From Heteronotia binoei (lineage: Eukaryota): a stretch of DNA of 64,000 nt. Below, in pieces: positions 1 to 11,912 of the stretch. Below the pieces are notes generated by a model, which did no database searches, was not told where the DNA came from, and worked only from the letters and a program-made list of their open reading frames with translations. The position numbers were made by a program, and so were the translations under genes. The stretch covers positions 3,162,001-3,226,000 of the forward strand of contig NC_083233.1 of NCBI RefSeq assembly GCF_032191835.1, read 5' to 3'. Numbering within the stretch: position 1 is the first letter of the stretch; each line of letters begins with the position of its first letter.

Positions 1-975
1 GGAATCTTATCTGCTGGGGTGCAGTTCTCATGAGCCCTTTTGGCAGTGATGTGGGAGACAGCTTTAATTGAAAAGACCACAAGCATGCTAAGCAACATCT
101 TTAAAGGTTAACACACAACTAGGCCTGGCTGAGAAGATGGAAGAGTTAGTAACATTCTGGTCTTATATATAACATAAACATAACTTGCCCTATGTAATAC
201 TGTATCTCCACTGTGTTTCTAGGTGGCAGTAGAGAAGTGGGGGGTTCTTATAGCCCAAACTGGCCAAGGTAGATGCAGGCGTGTAGAATGCCGAGTCTAT
301 TGCAGAATCGAAAGTTAACCCACTTGGCCTCCCAGGAGCTAGAAAACATCATTGTACCAAGGTCGTTTACTCCCTTCTTTGGATGTTTAGTTGATAGCTT
401 GGTAGTGAATGTGTGTGTGTGACCTAGAGCCACTAACTTTGAACTGTCTTCACGCCCTGAGTTCAGGAGCACTTTTAACGACTATTGCAAGGGTATATAA
501 CCTGAACCTGTACCATTGTGTGTCCGTTCGACACTGCCTGGCGACAAGCCAGTGTCAGAGGATCCTGCCTTACAATAAATGCTTATCCAAATCTTTATTG
601 AAGGAATAGTGGGCACTTGACACTGAAGCCAGGCTGGCATTGGTGTCAGTAGTGTGTAGCTTCCTTTTGCGATGAATGGATATTGAATGTTGTAACCAAT
701 GAGTTTGTAGATATGCTAACATGTCCCAATGTGCCATCAAGGCGATATAAGATGGTGACAATCTTGAAAAGTTAAGCAGCTTAGTATTGCTGGCGCTGGC
801 TAGCTCTGCTCTCAGTTCATTGCAATGAACTTTATTCTTCCTCCTCCCTCAGACTCCTTTGAGTGCTTCTTTTGGTCAAGGACAGTCAGAGCACAGATCT
901 GTGCACCCGGGAGGCCTCAGCCTGATTGCAGGAAGGGACAGCTGCACTGGGAGAAACGGCAGAGGGGGACAGAAG

Positions 976-1160
976 AGGGCTGCCAGTCCCAGACAGGGAG
1001 ACTCCTGGAGCCTGAGGGGTGCAGCCTGCGGAGGCCAGGGTGTCGGGAAAAGAAGGGCCTCCCTCCAGGGGGGTATAAGGACAGCCCTCCCTCCATAGCA
1101 ACCATTTTCTCCAGGGGAAGGGATCTGTGTCATTTGGAGAGCAGTTGTAATTCTGGGAGA
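976..1160. mobile_element. Fragment of TAGGGTTGCC-ended non-autonomous hAT-like element
   Basis: Starts AGGGCTGCCAG and shares internal motifs (CCATTTTCTCCAGGGGAA, CAGTTGTAATTC) with the complete copies at 8935 and 62036. Confidence 0.55.
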
Positions 1161-1976
1161 ACTAGAATTTCATCCCAAAAGAAAAATTACTTTTGGGAAT
1201 GCATTTCCCACTGAACTCATTGTAAATGTTACATGAGTGAAAAGGACCTGCATACAAGCAAGTCCTCTGAACAGAGAGTGAAATAGTATTAAAGAAAACT
1301 CACAAAAGAAACCAAAAATCTGAATATGAATAGAATTCTGTTTGCATCAATATTAATTTGAAAGCTGTATTAATGAAGGCTGCTTCAGTTTTCCTCAGTA
1401 TCCCCCAGGTATAGCATGAGGAGACTCACAACTCTTCTTTAAAGTGGACTTCAAGACACAGGCATACCTCATACAAAAGTCTCCCCCCCCCCCACCGCAC
1501 CCCCATGGCCAGGCAATCCTAGTCCCACAGCCTGCAAGAACAAAGTCACTCATGGCACCAGCTTAGGGAGGGGGGAGACCTGCCAAACTCCAGCCCCTGC
1601 CTTGGTTTGCATCTCCCATGGAGGCCCTGCGAGGTCACCTGACATGGTCACAAGTTGCACAGGCGTCAATGGAATGGTTTGTCAAGGTCCAACACCAGAA
1701 CTTCACTGAGAAGGCAGAGAGAAGCACCCAGTTAAGACACAGCCCTCAGCACACCACAAGAGTTCATTACTGGCTGTCATCCCCACACAGAGATGAGAGG
1801 ATTTGTCTGTGTGAAAAGGCATTTCAATCTCAGTGACGTCGTTAGACAGAAACAGAATAATGGAACGTTTGAAGTCAGATAATGCTGACATTACTTGATG
1901 AGAAGCTGCAGTTCCAAGCTCTTTGAGAAGTCAGCTTGGATGTCTTAGTCTGTTTTCTGTTTTATTATTTGTGCGT

Positions 1977-2181
1977 CCGTGTGTGTGTGTGTGTGTGTAC
2001 ATCATGACTTATATCTGGTGACCCTTAATGGGGCAGGGAGGCAAGGGCATTCAGAGAGGTGGCTTGCTACCGGCCTCTGTGTCCCAGCTCTGGTATTCCT
2101 TGGAGGTCTCCCATCCAAATACTTGTCAGGGTTAGCCCTACTTAGCTTATGATCTGATGAGACTGAGGTTGCCAGGGCATG
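1977..2181 (-). mobile_element. 5S rRNA-derived SINE with (CA)n tail
   Basis: Minus strand has degenerate 5S internal promoter sequence (AGCTAAGTAGGG...GTATTTGGATGGGAGACC), then a BovB-like tail (GCAAGCCACCTCT) and a (CA)n tail. Related to the split copy at 26845-27350. Confidence 0.7.
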
Positions 2182-2242
2182 TTTTAGCATATTTCCATTC
2201 AGCAAATAAGATATGCAAAAGAATTTTGTTGTTGTTGTTTAA

Positions 2243-2545
2243 AGAGCCCCGTGGCGCAGAGTGGTAAAGCTGCAGTACTGCAGTCAAAGCCCTCTGCTCA
2301 CGATCTGAGTTTGATTCCAGCGGAAGCTGGTTCTGGTAGCCGGCTCGAGGTTGACTCAGCCTTCCATCCTTCCGAGGTCGGTCAAATGAGTCCCCAGCTT
2401 GTTGGGGGGCGGGGGGGGGGGGGAAGTGTAATGACCAGGGAAGGCAATGGCAAACCACCCCGTAAAAAGGTCTGCCGTGAAAATGTTGCAAAAGCAACAT
2501 CACCCCAGAGTCAGAAGCACCTGGTGCTTGCACAGGGGACCTTTT
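2243..2545 (+). mobile_element. Sauria SINE (Squam1-type)
   Basis: tRNA-like head GAGCCCCGTGGCGCAGAGTGG, core GGTTGACTCAGCCTTCCATCCTTCCGAGGTCGG, tail GGAAGGCAATGGCAAACCACCCC...GCACAGGGGACCTTT. Confidence 0.85.
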
Positions 2546-2826
2546 GGTGTAGTTTGGTGTAGTGGTTAAGTGTGTGGACTCTTATCTGGGAGAACCGGGT
2601 TTGATTCCCCACTCCTCCACTTGCACTTGCTGGAATGGCCTTGGGTCAGCCAGAGCTCTGGCAGAAGTTGTCCTTGAAAGGGCAGCTGCTGGGAGAGCCT
2701 TCTCCAGCCCCACCCACCTCACAGGGTGTTTGTTGTGGGGGAGGAAGGTAAAGGAGATTGTGAGCCACTCTGAGACTCTTCGGAGTGGAGGGCGGGATAT
2801 AAATCCAATATCTTCTTCTTCTTCTT
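2546..2826 (+). mobile_element. tRNA-derived SINE (Squam3-type)
   Basis: A/B boxes TGGTGTAGTGG and GGTTTGATTCCC, (TTC)n tail; three more near full-length copies in the window. Confidence 0.85.
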
Positions 2827-3900
2827 TCCTTTTCCAAACAGAGAAATGAACTACCTAATGAGTCATTTCACCATTTAAATCCAGGTTCAGTCCTCCATCT
2901 GGGACTGGCAATGTTTGCCCAAAGAGTGACAGGCAGGAGTGTCCTTCCTGACTTCCCTGGATCCGTCACTGGCCTTTGAGGCCCTCGGTCAGGGCTGCCT
3001 GTGTCCCTGAGAACACAACTGCCTCTGGTTTTTAAAAAAATTAGGGATTATTTTACCTGTGGCATAGGTCCTCAGGTGTCCCAGATTCTACATTGGCTGC
3101 ACCACTAGAATGATTAGAACTAGGGTGCCAGCACATCTTTCGAGACTCGGATGGGGTGTGGCAGATGTCCATTTAGTCAGCCCCACAGGAGATGAGGGCT
3201 TTTTTCTTGGACTGGGGCATCTCAACAGAACTGCCCTTCCAGCTGCCGCTACTTTCCCAATTGCAGACTTCTGGGTTCTGTCAGCCCCGTGAAAGAATCC
3301 CCTTCCCTGGTTCTTCATTCCTCATCACGGCATTGAAGGCGATAATCTAATTCCTTTCTTTGTCTGGACCACCACTTGAATCAGAAGCTGCCCAAAGCTG
3401 CTCATAACACTCGGTGGAATAAAATCATCAACTCTAACTTCAGCTCAAATAAAAACCAATAAAAATCCTGGAGAAATCCTGACCACCAATGTAAACAACC
3501 CAGAACAGCACAAGATAACAACAAGCAATTCAAAACCTTCAGCCACAAAGAATACAACTAACCCAGATCATAATGAAGTCCAGAAAATTATAAAAACAGT
3601 CAAATAACCAATCCCAAAGTACACATGGTTATAAAATAGCTATAGAACACAGTGGGCAAATAATGAAACACTGCAGGGCCCTGTGGCATCACGTTCTGTT
3701 AAAAGCCCGGGGAAATTATCTTAATCTGTCACCTACAAACCAAAAGGGGAGGCACCACTCCATCTGCAGGGGGTGGCATGTTGCAGAGGGGGCACCATTG
3801 CCCAACTGTCTTCACAGACAAACCCACAAAGGTCATCACAATAATTGAACCTGAATGTGATCCCACTATGGATCATGTGAGCAGGTCATGCTTTGCAAAG

Positions 3901-3903
<3 letters not shown>

Positions 3904-3931
<28 letters not shown>
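3904..3931. repeat. (CT)n microsatellite
   Basis: Directly visible. Confidence 0.95.
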
Positions 3932-3934
<3 letters not shown>

Positions 3935-4774
3935 GTCTCTGCCAAAGTTGGCCAAAGGCACTATATGCCCAAGTGGACCCCCAGCCTTCCAGCCACAGGT
4001 CCTGGGCAAGCACCTCCCAGACAAACTGGAGCTCATCTCTTGCTTTCCTTTTCTTCCTTTTAAATTTCATTTCTTGGAATTCAAAATCTAATACTTCCAG
4101 AAAGAATATGGTAAATCGAATAAAAGCTATTCAGTTTGATACTCTGGCCATGCATGTTGCTTTGTTAGGATGGAGGTGAGGAAAGCAACTGGGGAGGAGG
4201 GAATAAGCAACACACAAGTCATACGGCGACTATGTCATTGTTACCAATAGCAAGAAGTTAGAGCTGCATTTGAGATGAAATGAGTGAAGGCTGCCATTGT
4301 CACATCTACTGCATTTTCCCCAAATCTCCCCGAGCGCCCTGCTTGCTGGCAACGGGTGGAAGGAAGGCAGGAAGGCCTCCATTGGCATCCTCCTTGGCTC
4401 ATTCAGTGCTGCTGTCAGGTGGGTCAGACTCCGCTCTGGTTCTGGTGTTCCAGGGAGGCTCAGCAAGTACCCTCAAGCCGACAGTCAACATATATCACTT
4501 CCTGTCTGTCTTCTGAACTTGCTCTGTGCTCTGCTGCTGTCTGTGTTCCAGGGAACTGAACCATGGCAGGTTCTGCTTCTTGCAAAGCAAACGGAAGCAA
4601 CTAAGACTTATTTCATTGCAATTCTCTTCCAGCTGCAAACAGACCTGCAGCTGCTTTCTGTAACATGGCCAATCAAAGACGCTTCCAAGGGCCACTCTTT
4701 CTACCCTTTGGGTCTGAATATTTACTGCAGAGCATAGCTTAGGATCCTGAACACTATTCCTTTATATGCATACA

Positions 4775-5230
4775 TACACACACACACAAATACCTCCCCC
4801 CCCCCCCGCAGTGACCCCTGCTCCATGCCCAGAAGATGGCAAAAAGACCCCTCAGAATCCCTGGTCAAACTGGCCTGGAGAAAAATTGCTGATTGTGATC
4901 TCAAAATAGTAATCATCATTTCCCTGGGTATGTAAGGAAGGGCCATGAGAACTAAGCCCTGATGCAGCCCTTCCTGCCCTCCTTCTCATGATCCGCCTAA
5001 TTCACAGAATCAGCATTGCTGTCAGGTGGCCATCTAGCCTCTGCTTAGAAACCTCCAAGGAAGAAGAGCCCACCACCTCTCGAAGAAGCAGCCTGTTCCA
5101 CTGAGGAACCCCTCTGACAGACAGGAAGTTCTTCCTAATGTTGAGCTGGAAACTGTTTTGATTTAATTTCAACCTGCTGGTTCTGGTCTGACCTTCTGGA
5201 GCGACAGAAAACAATTCTGCACCATCCTCC
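4775..5230 (-). mobile_element. CR1 LINE 3' fragment
   Basis: Minus ORF 5002-5214 (RTSRLKLNQNSFQLNIRKNFLSVRGVPQWNRL) is the CR1 ORF2 C-terminus; the 3' UTR follows. Confidence 0.85.
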
Positions 5231-5289
5231 TCTCAGTTGTCTCCTCAGTCATACATGAAAAAAATAATCTCAGAATTGTGATGGATGGG

Positions 5290-5412
5290 TCAGTTCAGAT
5301 GTGTGATGCAGCTACAAAAGGCTAATGTGGCTTTTAGGCTGCACGAATAGAAGCAGCGTCCAAGCCACAAGCAGTGATAGTTCCACTTGACTCTGTGCTT
5401 GCCAGACCTTAC
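5290..5412 (+). mobile_element. Old CR1 fragment
   Basis: TGTGATGCAGCTACAAAAGGCTAATG...CTCTGTGCTTGCCAGACCT resembles the CR1 stretch at 23990-24320. Confidence 0.5.
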
Positions 5413-5605
5413 AAGGGAGCACATAATGCTATGGGTGAAGGAAAGCCTCTAACCGCCCCTCACCCCATTTGACCCTCCTCTGGGACCATCAATCAAGGCT
5501 GGGGAAACTTACACACAAAACAATAATGCAACACAAGGTAATAAAGTTACAAAGGGACACTAAAAATAAAATATCCCTCATGCATCTAACTAACATCAAT
5601 ATATA

Positions 5606-5885
5606 AGAAGAAGATATTGGTTTTATAACCTGCCCACCACTTTGAATCTCAGAGATTCAGAGTGGTCACAGTCTCCTTTACCTTCCTCCCCCACAACAGA
5701 CACCTGGTGAGGCGGGTGGGGCTGAGAGAGCTCTCCCAGAAGCTGTCCCCCTTTCAAGGACAGCTCTGCGAGAACTATGACTGACCCAAGGCCATTCCAG
5801 CAGCTGCATGTGTAGGAGTGGGGAATCAAACCCGGTTCTCCCAGATTAAGTCTGTGCACTTAACCCCTACACCAAACTGGATCTC
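5606..5885 (-). mobile_element. Squam3-type SINE
   Basis: Reverse-complement homologue of 2546-2826. Confidence 0.85.
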
Positions 5886-6477
5886 AGTATCTATTTCCAA
5901 ACCATGCCATAGACATCATTATGATGGACAGAGCCACATTTGGAGACAGGAGCAGACTGGTGGGGATCTCTGAAATCATAAAGGAAGTCCCAGAGTTGCA
6001 GAAAAATATGATTTTTTTTTAAAACCCAGATCATTAAAACTGAACAAAATGACATAAAACTCCTGTAGTTTAAAGGAAGGAATGCCTACAGAACTGGTAG
6101 TGGCTTTGAGGGGTTACTAGGCAACCAACACAATATTCCCAAGCCTTCCAAGCCTTTGTTTCCATACAGCAAGGTTGTGTGTGTAGGTTGCCAGCCTCCA
6201 GGTAGGATCTGGAGATCTCCCAATTTTACAACTAATCTCTAGCTGGCAATGATCAACACCCCTGGAGAAAATAGGACAACCCAAAAATACGTGGGAAATT
6301 AATGAAGTATCATGCACTAAAAATTACTACTATTGAACCTAATTCCAAAACTCTCTTAAAAGTGAAACAGTCCAAAGTTAGAATATATATCCCAATATTA
6401 TATATATTTCATAATTATCACAATAAATTCTAACAATCAAACATAAGTTATAACAACCAAAGTCTCAGTTCATTCAG

Positions 6478-7805
6478 AAGTCGGAAACTGACATGTTTCC
6501 GTGGTGTGAGGAAAAGCCCCCTTTTCCGAACATCGTAGTCCCCCGTATGGTTGCCAGGGCGCCTGGAGAAGTGAGCTCGCACACGTCTGGCCAGAGAGTG
6601 TGGGCAAAACTATCCAGGAATATAAGGGACTTATAGGTACAAGCCGCCACGAGTTATACAGGCACTCTAAACCGGTACAGAGTGCCTGATAACACAAACG
6701 GACATTTCCCCTGTCATCGCATGGGCCAGCCATGGAGCGGAAGAGTCTGTGCCGCCACGGAGCTATCCAGGCAATCGGTTATAAAGCGCTGGACATGGAA
6801 TCCACCGTGTAATGCTAACACCACTCGTAGCCATCTTCCCGCCAGGCTGAACTCCATCTCATTATAGTGGAAGGCTCACGTACCCACCAGATGTCACCTT
6901 TAGCCCACAAGCAGCCCGTCTGCCCCATGAATGGATTAACAACTCAACTGTCGCTCCTTTTGTCTAGCGAAAACCTGGACAAAGACTCCTACCCAGAAGA
7001 AGATAGGGAAAGAGGAAGACCATCTCCTGCCAGAGCCAAGTCTTTTGTCTAAACCGGGTGATACCTAGGTCAATATTTGATTCCCTATTATCACATTCCC
7101 AGATAAGTCCATCTAATCTTAAGTAGTTCCCACCCAGCGGCCACTTCCATCCTTCTTCCCGATTGTCACCTTGGAGCCGCCCCAGGGCCTGTTGCAACCT
7201 GGAAGTTCTTTCAGGTACACAGGACCCAGGCAAAGTTCATTGGTCAAAAGCAGGTACCCAATTAGGTGCCACCAAGGAACTTTCTATTGGCTCTGCAATA
7301 GTCCATCCCTCATGGTCACTGCAGAGCCTCCCCCTTCTCCTCCCTCATACCTCCCATTCCCTGAGGGCTCAAAGGAGTCCTTATAACCTGTGGACTAGCT
7401 ACCCACAGGTGTGCTTCTAGCAGTATCCCACCTTCCGCTGCATAGATCCATCCCCGATTCCTGATCAGTTTCGGGTCCCTTACCCACTTCCTCTCTGTCG
7501 CCATTGGAGCCTTCCTTGAAGACTACGATAGGTAATATTACCCTGTGTGTCTACCCTTTATGTTCCCCTATCGATCTATCTATATTTCTAGGACTGTATG
7601 TGTGATTGGATGTGTATTTTTATCTTGTATGGAAGACTATATTTTTCTTAATAAATTATAATTGGTTTTACTAATTTAGAGTTCCGTTATTTAAGCATCA
7701 CTCTCTGGTTGGTTAATCTTGTATACATTGGGAAAAGATCCCGAGTGAGCCAGGTGCCCACCTAACTAATTCCCCAACCTCGTTTTGAGGGCATTTCGGC
7801 TTACA
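6478..7805 (+). mobile_element. LTR-like sequence at the centre of the inverted repeat
   Basis: CpG-richer than the flanks, TTATAA ~7382, AATAAA 7650-7655, ends CGGCTTACA; no intact TG at the left end and no recognisable ORF. Confidence 0.45.
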
Positions 7806-7866
7806 GTGGGACTGAATGAACTTTGGTTGTTATAACTTATGTTTGATCATTAGAGTTTATTGTGAT

Positions 7867-8578
7867 CTCTAAAACTGGATGTATATCTTTTACACAATTG
7901 GAAAGACCAAGTACTTAACAGTACTGTTGAATTAATTAATATTTTGATTGCAGCAGTTAGAATGTCAATAGCTGAAAACTGGGTAAATTTTTCTTCACCT
8001 TTATTAGACCAATGGTTTCATAGGCTGTGGGAATTGTTTGTTCTGAATAAAATTGCATGCCATTCTTTTGATTTTTCGATTGAGCAATATGAACATCATG
8101 TGGTAGCTGTCTGGTTTCCTCTGGTAAAGTATTCAACTGAATATGACATTGTACCTAACCATTCATTCTACAAAAAGCTGATCTATTTTTGATCTGTATT
8201 TAAATTTTGTTTTGTCCTTGTTTACTGTGATTTTCATATGTCAGATTTGATGTATGCTAAATTGTTGACTAAATACTTTGGCCACCCAATAAGAAGGGAG
8301 CACTCACTGGAGAAGATCCTGATTCTGGGAAAGATAGAAGGCAAAAGAAGAAGGGGACAGCAAAAGATGAGATGGCTGGACAGTGTTACTGATGTAACAA
8401 ACACGAATTTGAGCAGACTTCAGAGGATGGTGGAAGACAGGAGGGCCTGGCGTGACTTTGTCCATGGGGTTGCAAAGAATTGGGCTTGACTGTGCGACTG
8501 AACAACAACAAAAATAGTTAACACTTTGTAATTATTTTGTGCAAAGGATAAATAAAATTTATTATTGTAAAAAAAGTA
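7867..8578 (+). mobile_element. L1/Tx1-like LINE 3' fragment
   Basis: ORF 7944-8192 (IAAVRMSIAENW...QWFHRLWE) resembles the L1 ORF2 C-terminus; AATAAA and A-rich tail; 9-bp TSD TATTGTGAT at 7858-7866 and 8579-8587. Confidence 0.75.
8270..8511 (+). mobile_element. RTE-BovB 3' fragment nested in the L1 fragment
   Basis: KYFGH...LEKILILGKIEGKRRRGQQKMRWLDSV, (CAA)n tail, imperfect TSD AAATTGTTGAC/AAATAGTTAAC. Confidence 0.9.
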
Positions 8579-8934
8579 TATTGTGATAATTATGAAATAT
8601 ATATAATACTGGGATATGTATTCTAACTTTGGACTGCTTCACTGTTAAGAGAGTTTTGGAATTAGATTCAATAGTAGTAATTTTAGTGCATTATATTTCA
8701 TTAACCCCTGAAGAAAATGGCTGCTTCGGAGGGTGGAGTCTATGGCAATGCACCATGCTGAGGCGCCTCCCCAAACCCCACCCTCTCTCGGATCCACCCC
8801 CAAAGTCCCCAGGTCTTTTCCAACTCCGACTGGCAACTCTGGGGAATAGCAGTGGACAGGAAGGCAAAACAGTCCCTCACTTATCTAGTATGATTTCTGT
8901 TGTCTTCTTCCCTTTCCTTAAAAAGGATAAGAAC

Positions 8935-9148
8935 TAGGATTGCCAGCCTCCAGGTAGGGCCTGGAGATCTCCCACTTTTACAACTGATCTCCATCTGGCA
9001 GAGATCAGCTGCCCTGATGAAAATGACTTTAAAGGGTGGACTCTGATACTGTACCATGCTGAGGCCCCTCCCCTCCCCAAACCCCACCCTCTGCCAGATC
9101 CACCCCCAAGGTCTCCATGGATTTTCCAGCTCAGAGCTGGCAACCCCA
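8935..9148 (+). mobile_element. Non-autonomous hAT element, TAGGGTTGCC family
   Basis: TIRs TAGGATTGCCAG / CTGGCAACCCCA; 8-bp TSD ATAAGAAC/GTAAGAAC. Confidence 0.8.
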
Positions 9149-9880
9149 GTAAGAACTAAAAATCAATCCTGGCTCCTCTAGGGTAGCATGGGAATGCAAT
9201 TTAAATCATTACAATGGCCACATAAAAGGATGGAGCATGATGGGTTCTTCGGATTTGTCAAGTTTACAAAGAAGCCAAACTATTTGGAGGGTCCAGTTTA
9301 ATCCCTCCCAGTTGCACAGCAAACACCATCGCCCACCAGCCCTTGTGCTTTTAGCCCATTCCAGATCTCAGAATCTGTTTTTTCTTTGACGTGTTATTTT
9401 TCTCAGTTCTGCTTTCTGTGGCAGCTGCCAGGAGACACTAGAAATAATGTTTCGATTTCATGCTCAATATTCTTGATGAAAGTCGAACATCAAAACCTCA
9501 GCAGGAAGCCTGCAGAAATCTAAGTGAGGATATCGCAGTGAGTGATTTCCAGAGAGCAAGAGGCATCGGCAGCATCTGTTTACGTGGGACCCCCCCCCCC
9601 CCCCCCGTTCTCTTGAGGTATAAATGGGAATAACAAGTCGAGTCTTGCTTTTTTTTATTGCAATCTCCATGTATGTTATCAATCTCCAACTTTTACTGTA
9701 ATGAATATTGATTTGTGCTGTTAGAAAACAACTGTTCATTCTATCTTCTGTTATGTCTTCTCCAGTGAACATGCAAGGAGATGAGATAGCAACATCGTAT
9801 TATCACTCCAAACACCTGCCCTCGCTTTTACTCTCTTCGGCAACAGGATTCTTATGGTATCATGAAGACTTGGATCCTTC

Positions 9881-10073
9881 NNNNNNNNNNNNNNNNNNNN
9901 NNNNNNNNNNNNNNNNNNNNNNNNNNNNNNNNNNNNNNNNNNNNNNNNNNNNNNNNNNNNNNNNNNNNNNNNNNNNNNNNNNNNNNNNNNNNNNNNNNNN
10001 NNNNNNNNNNNNNNNNNNNNNNNNNNNNNNNNNNNNNNNNNNNNNNNNNNNNNNNNNNNNNNNNNNNNNNNNN
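9881..10073. other. Assembly gap (193 N)
   Basis: N run; ORFs crossing it are artefacts. Confidence 1.
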
Positions 10074-10574
10074 TCACCAGTGAAAACAGCTAGCTTGAGT
10101 CTTTCTGTCTGAGCACCCGCTTTAGGACTAGGAAGATTCTTCCCCCCCCCTCCAGTTTGAGGAGATTGGTTTTTTTGGTGGGGGGGGCGTGGAGGGAGGC
10201 AGCCTTCTCCTGTCACCAGTGGCTTGGCTCTGCTGGAATACAGATTAGATGACAGTTTATTTGTACAAAGTGATGACTTTCTGCACTGGGCATAAAACCA
10301 CATGGAGAGGAGAATCTTTTACCTCACACATTCAGCTGCCTTATTTGGAGTCAGTTCCTGACACCCTCTCCTCTGCTGAGGCCTCTCTTGATTCAGTGAC
10401 CAGAGATCTCGGAGCCCCAAGAAAACCATCAAGCCAGCCCCCTCAAACACACCCCAAAGGAGAAGGGGAGATATGAGGCACTTGCTTCCTGCTTGCTCTC
10501 ACATCACAACACACTTCCCTCCCAAGCAGTACCGCAAAAATGTACAAGCACAAAAACATTAAAAGGCAATTTGT

Positions 10575-10790
10575 TTAATTTAATTCACCTCCCCCCTTCT
10601 TCCCCAATGGTGTTCCAAATTGGGTTACATCATTCTCCTGTCCTCACGACAGCCCTGGGAGCTTGATGAGGCGGAGAGCATGTGACTGGCCCAAGGTCAC
10701 CCAGCAAGTTTCCATGGCCTGAGTGGGGATTCAAACCCAGGCATCCCAGATACTAGTCTGACACTCCTAACCAATAGGTCACACTGGCTT
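10575..10790 (-). mobile_element. Older Squam3-related tRNA SINE
   Basis: GGGGATTCAAACCCAGG (reverse B box), GGCCCAAGGTCACCCAGC core. Confidence 0.6.
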
Positions 10791-10867
10791 CCTTAGAACT
10801 CTTGGAAGAAAGTGATCTTCTCATTATTTGTGGACCAAACCCATAGGGTTCTGCTAGAGTTTGCATC

Positions 10868-11173
10868 TGTTATATATGAGTCAATCTTGTTATCAATGGT
10901 GTTCCTGCTGGCTCATTGGAGCCGGAAGGACTGAGCTTGGGGACTCAGGAGGATCCAAATCCAGACTGCCCTGCTCCAATCACGGGCCCCCTGCTGGTTT
11001 GAATGACCCAATAAGGTGCTAGCCCGGAACCCCAGTGTTGTATATAGTTGGCCCAGCGGGCCCTGTTCTTCAGTCTTGGCAGTGCAGCCACCTACCATGC
11101 TGTACTCAATAAACAGCTTGTTATCACTTCCACCTCGCCTCTTCAGTGCCTAAGAACCCACTATATTATAATA
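10868..11173 (+). mobile_element. Probable solo LTR
   Basis: Begins TGTTATATAT, TATATA box ~11040, AATAAA ~11110, ends ATTATAATA; no clean TSD. Confidence 0.5.
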
Positions 11174-11244
11174 TCCTACTCATATCCTTGCTGAATTAAA
11201 CCATCTTCACACTTTAATTTCTGTTAACAACTGGTTACAGGTGA

Positions 11245-11912
11245 TTGGAGGGTCTGGGAATTGTTTTGAAATTATTTTTTTCTCTTTTTGCTTACTGGCC
11301 ACTCCACCCTTCACTAAATGACAGGAGGAAACTGAAGGAAGAAGATGACTCTATCCAGAGCAGAACAGTGGGCTTGAATCTCGTCCCTCATGCCCCTGGC
11401 CATATCAGCCATTTCATTCCTCACAGTTTGGAGGATGCCTCGTTCGCTCGGCCCTCTTCTTTCCTCCTCCTCATCTGGGACAGGTTGTGCAGGTTCCCCC
11501 CCCCTCCATCCTCATCATCGGGTCGGGGTTCTTCCCGTTCATCCTCTTCCACTGGTGGGGCATACTCTCGCTCCCCTCCTGGGCCTTCCTCCCCAGTCAT
11601 CACTCTCACCCTCCAGGAGTGTCTGGTCAGGATGGCGTCCCTCTGGGCTGGTGCTTCTTCCATCAAGGTGGTTGAAGTTTACAGCTCCCACTTATGTGGG
11701 GTGGTCAGGAGCTGTTGAATGTGCAGAGGGGACCCACGCCCTGCAACTCTCCATGCATCTAAGATGTGCCACGGGGGGGTCCGCACCTCTACTACCTCGT
11801 CCAGTCCTCTTTCCAGAGGATTAGGGAATTCTCTGTTATCTGGAGCTCTTTCCGCCATCCAGTCAGAAAGTTGCCAGTTCAGTTGAAATTCCACGCAGGA
11901 TCACTTTCAAAA
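11245..11912 (-). pseudogene. Degenerate gag-like 5' internal region of an LTR retrotransposon
   Basis: Starts ~50 nt after the LTR at 11913. MAERAPDNREFPNP...EEGPGGEREYAPPVEEDEREE runs in one frame with one stop, then a frameshift into GPSERGILQTVRNEMADMARGMRDEIQAH (coiled-coil-like). Gag identity is inferred from position. Confidence 0.45.

Larger units (their letters stand above)
6299..8704. repeat. Long inverted repeat: left arm 6299-6477, right arm 7812-7866 plus 8588-8704
   Basis: 6300-6423 is the reverse complement of 8581-8703 (about 7 substitutions and 1 indel by hand count); 6418-6477 is the reverse complement of 7812-7866 with one 6-bp indel. Confidence 0.9.
6184..8841 (+). mobile_element. 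TAGGGTTGCC-type hAT MITE split in two (6184-6272 and 8705-8841) by a 2.4-kb insertion
   Basis: Left half ends ACCCCTGGAGAAAAT (6258-6272); right half restarts ACCCCTGAAGAAAAT (8704-8718). The halves are colinear with the intact copy at 8935-9148. Confidence 0.75.

Noticed and set aside
1977-2181. 5S rRNA gene
   Set aside because: Degenerate and fused to a LINE-derived tail, so a SINE rather than a functional rRNA gene. The same applies to 26845-26920.
9708-10303. ORFs spanning the N run
   Set aside because: Artefacts of X translation across the assembly gap.
10868-11173. Candidate 3' LTR partner of the 11913-12357 LTR
   Set aside because: Opposite orientation, different termini and no sequence similarity.
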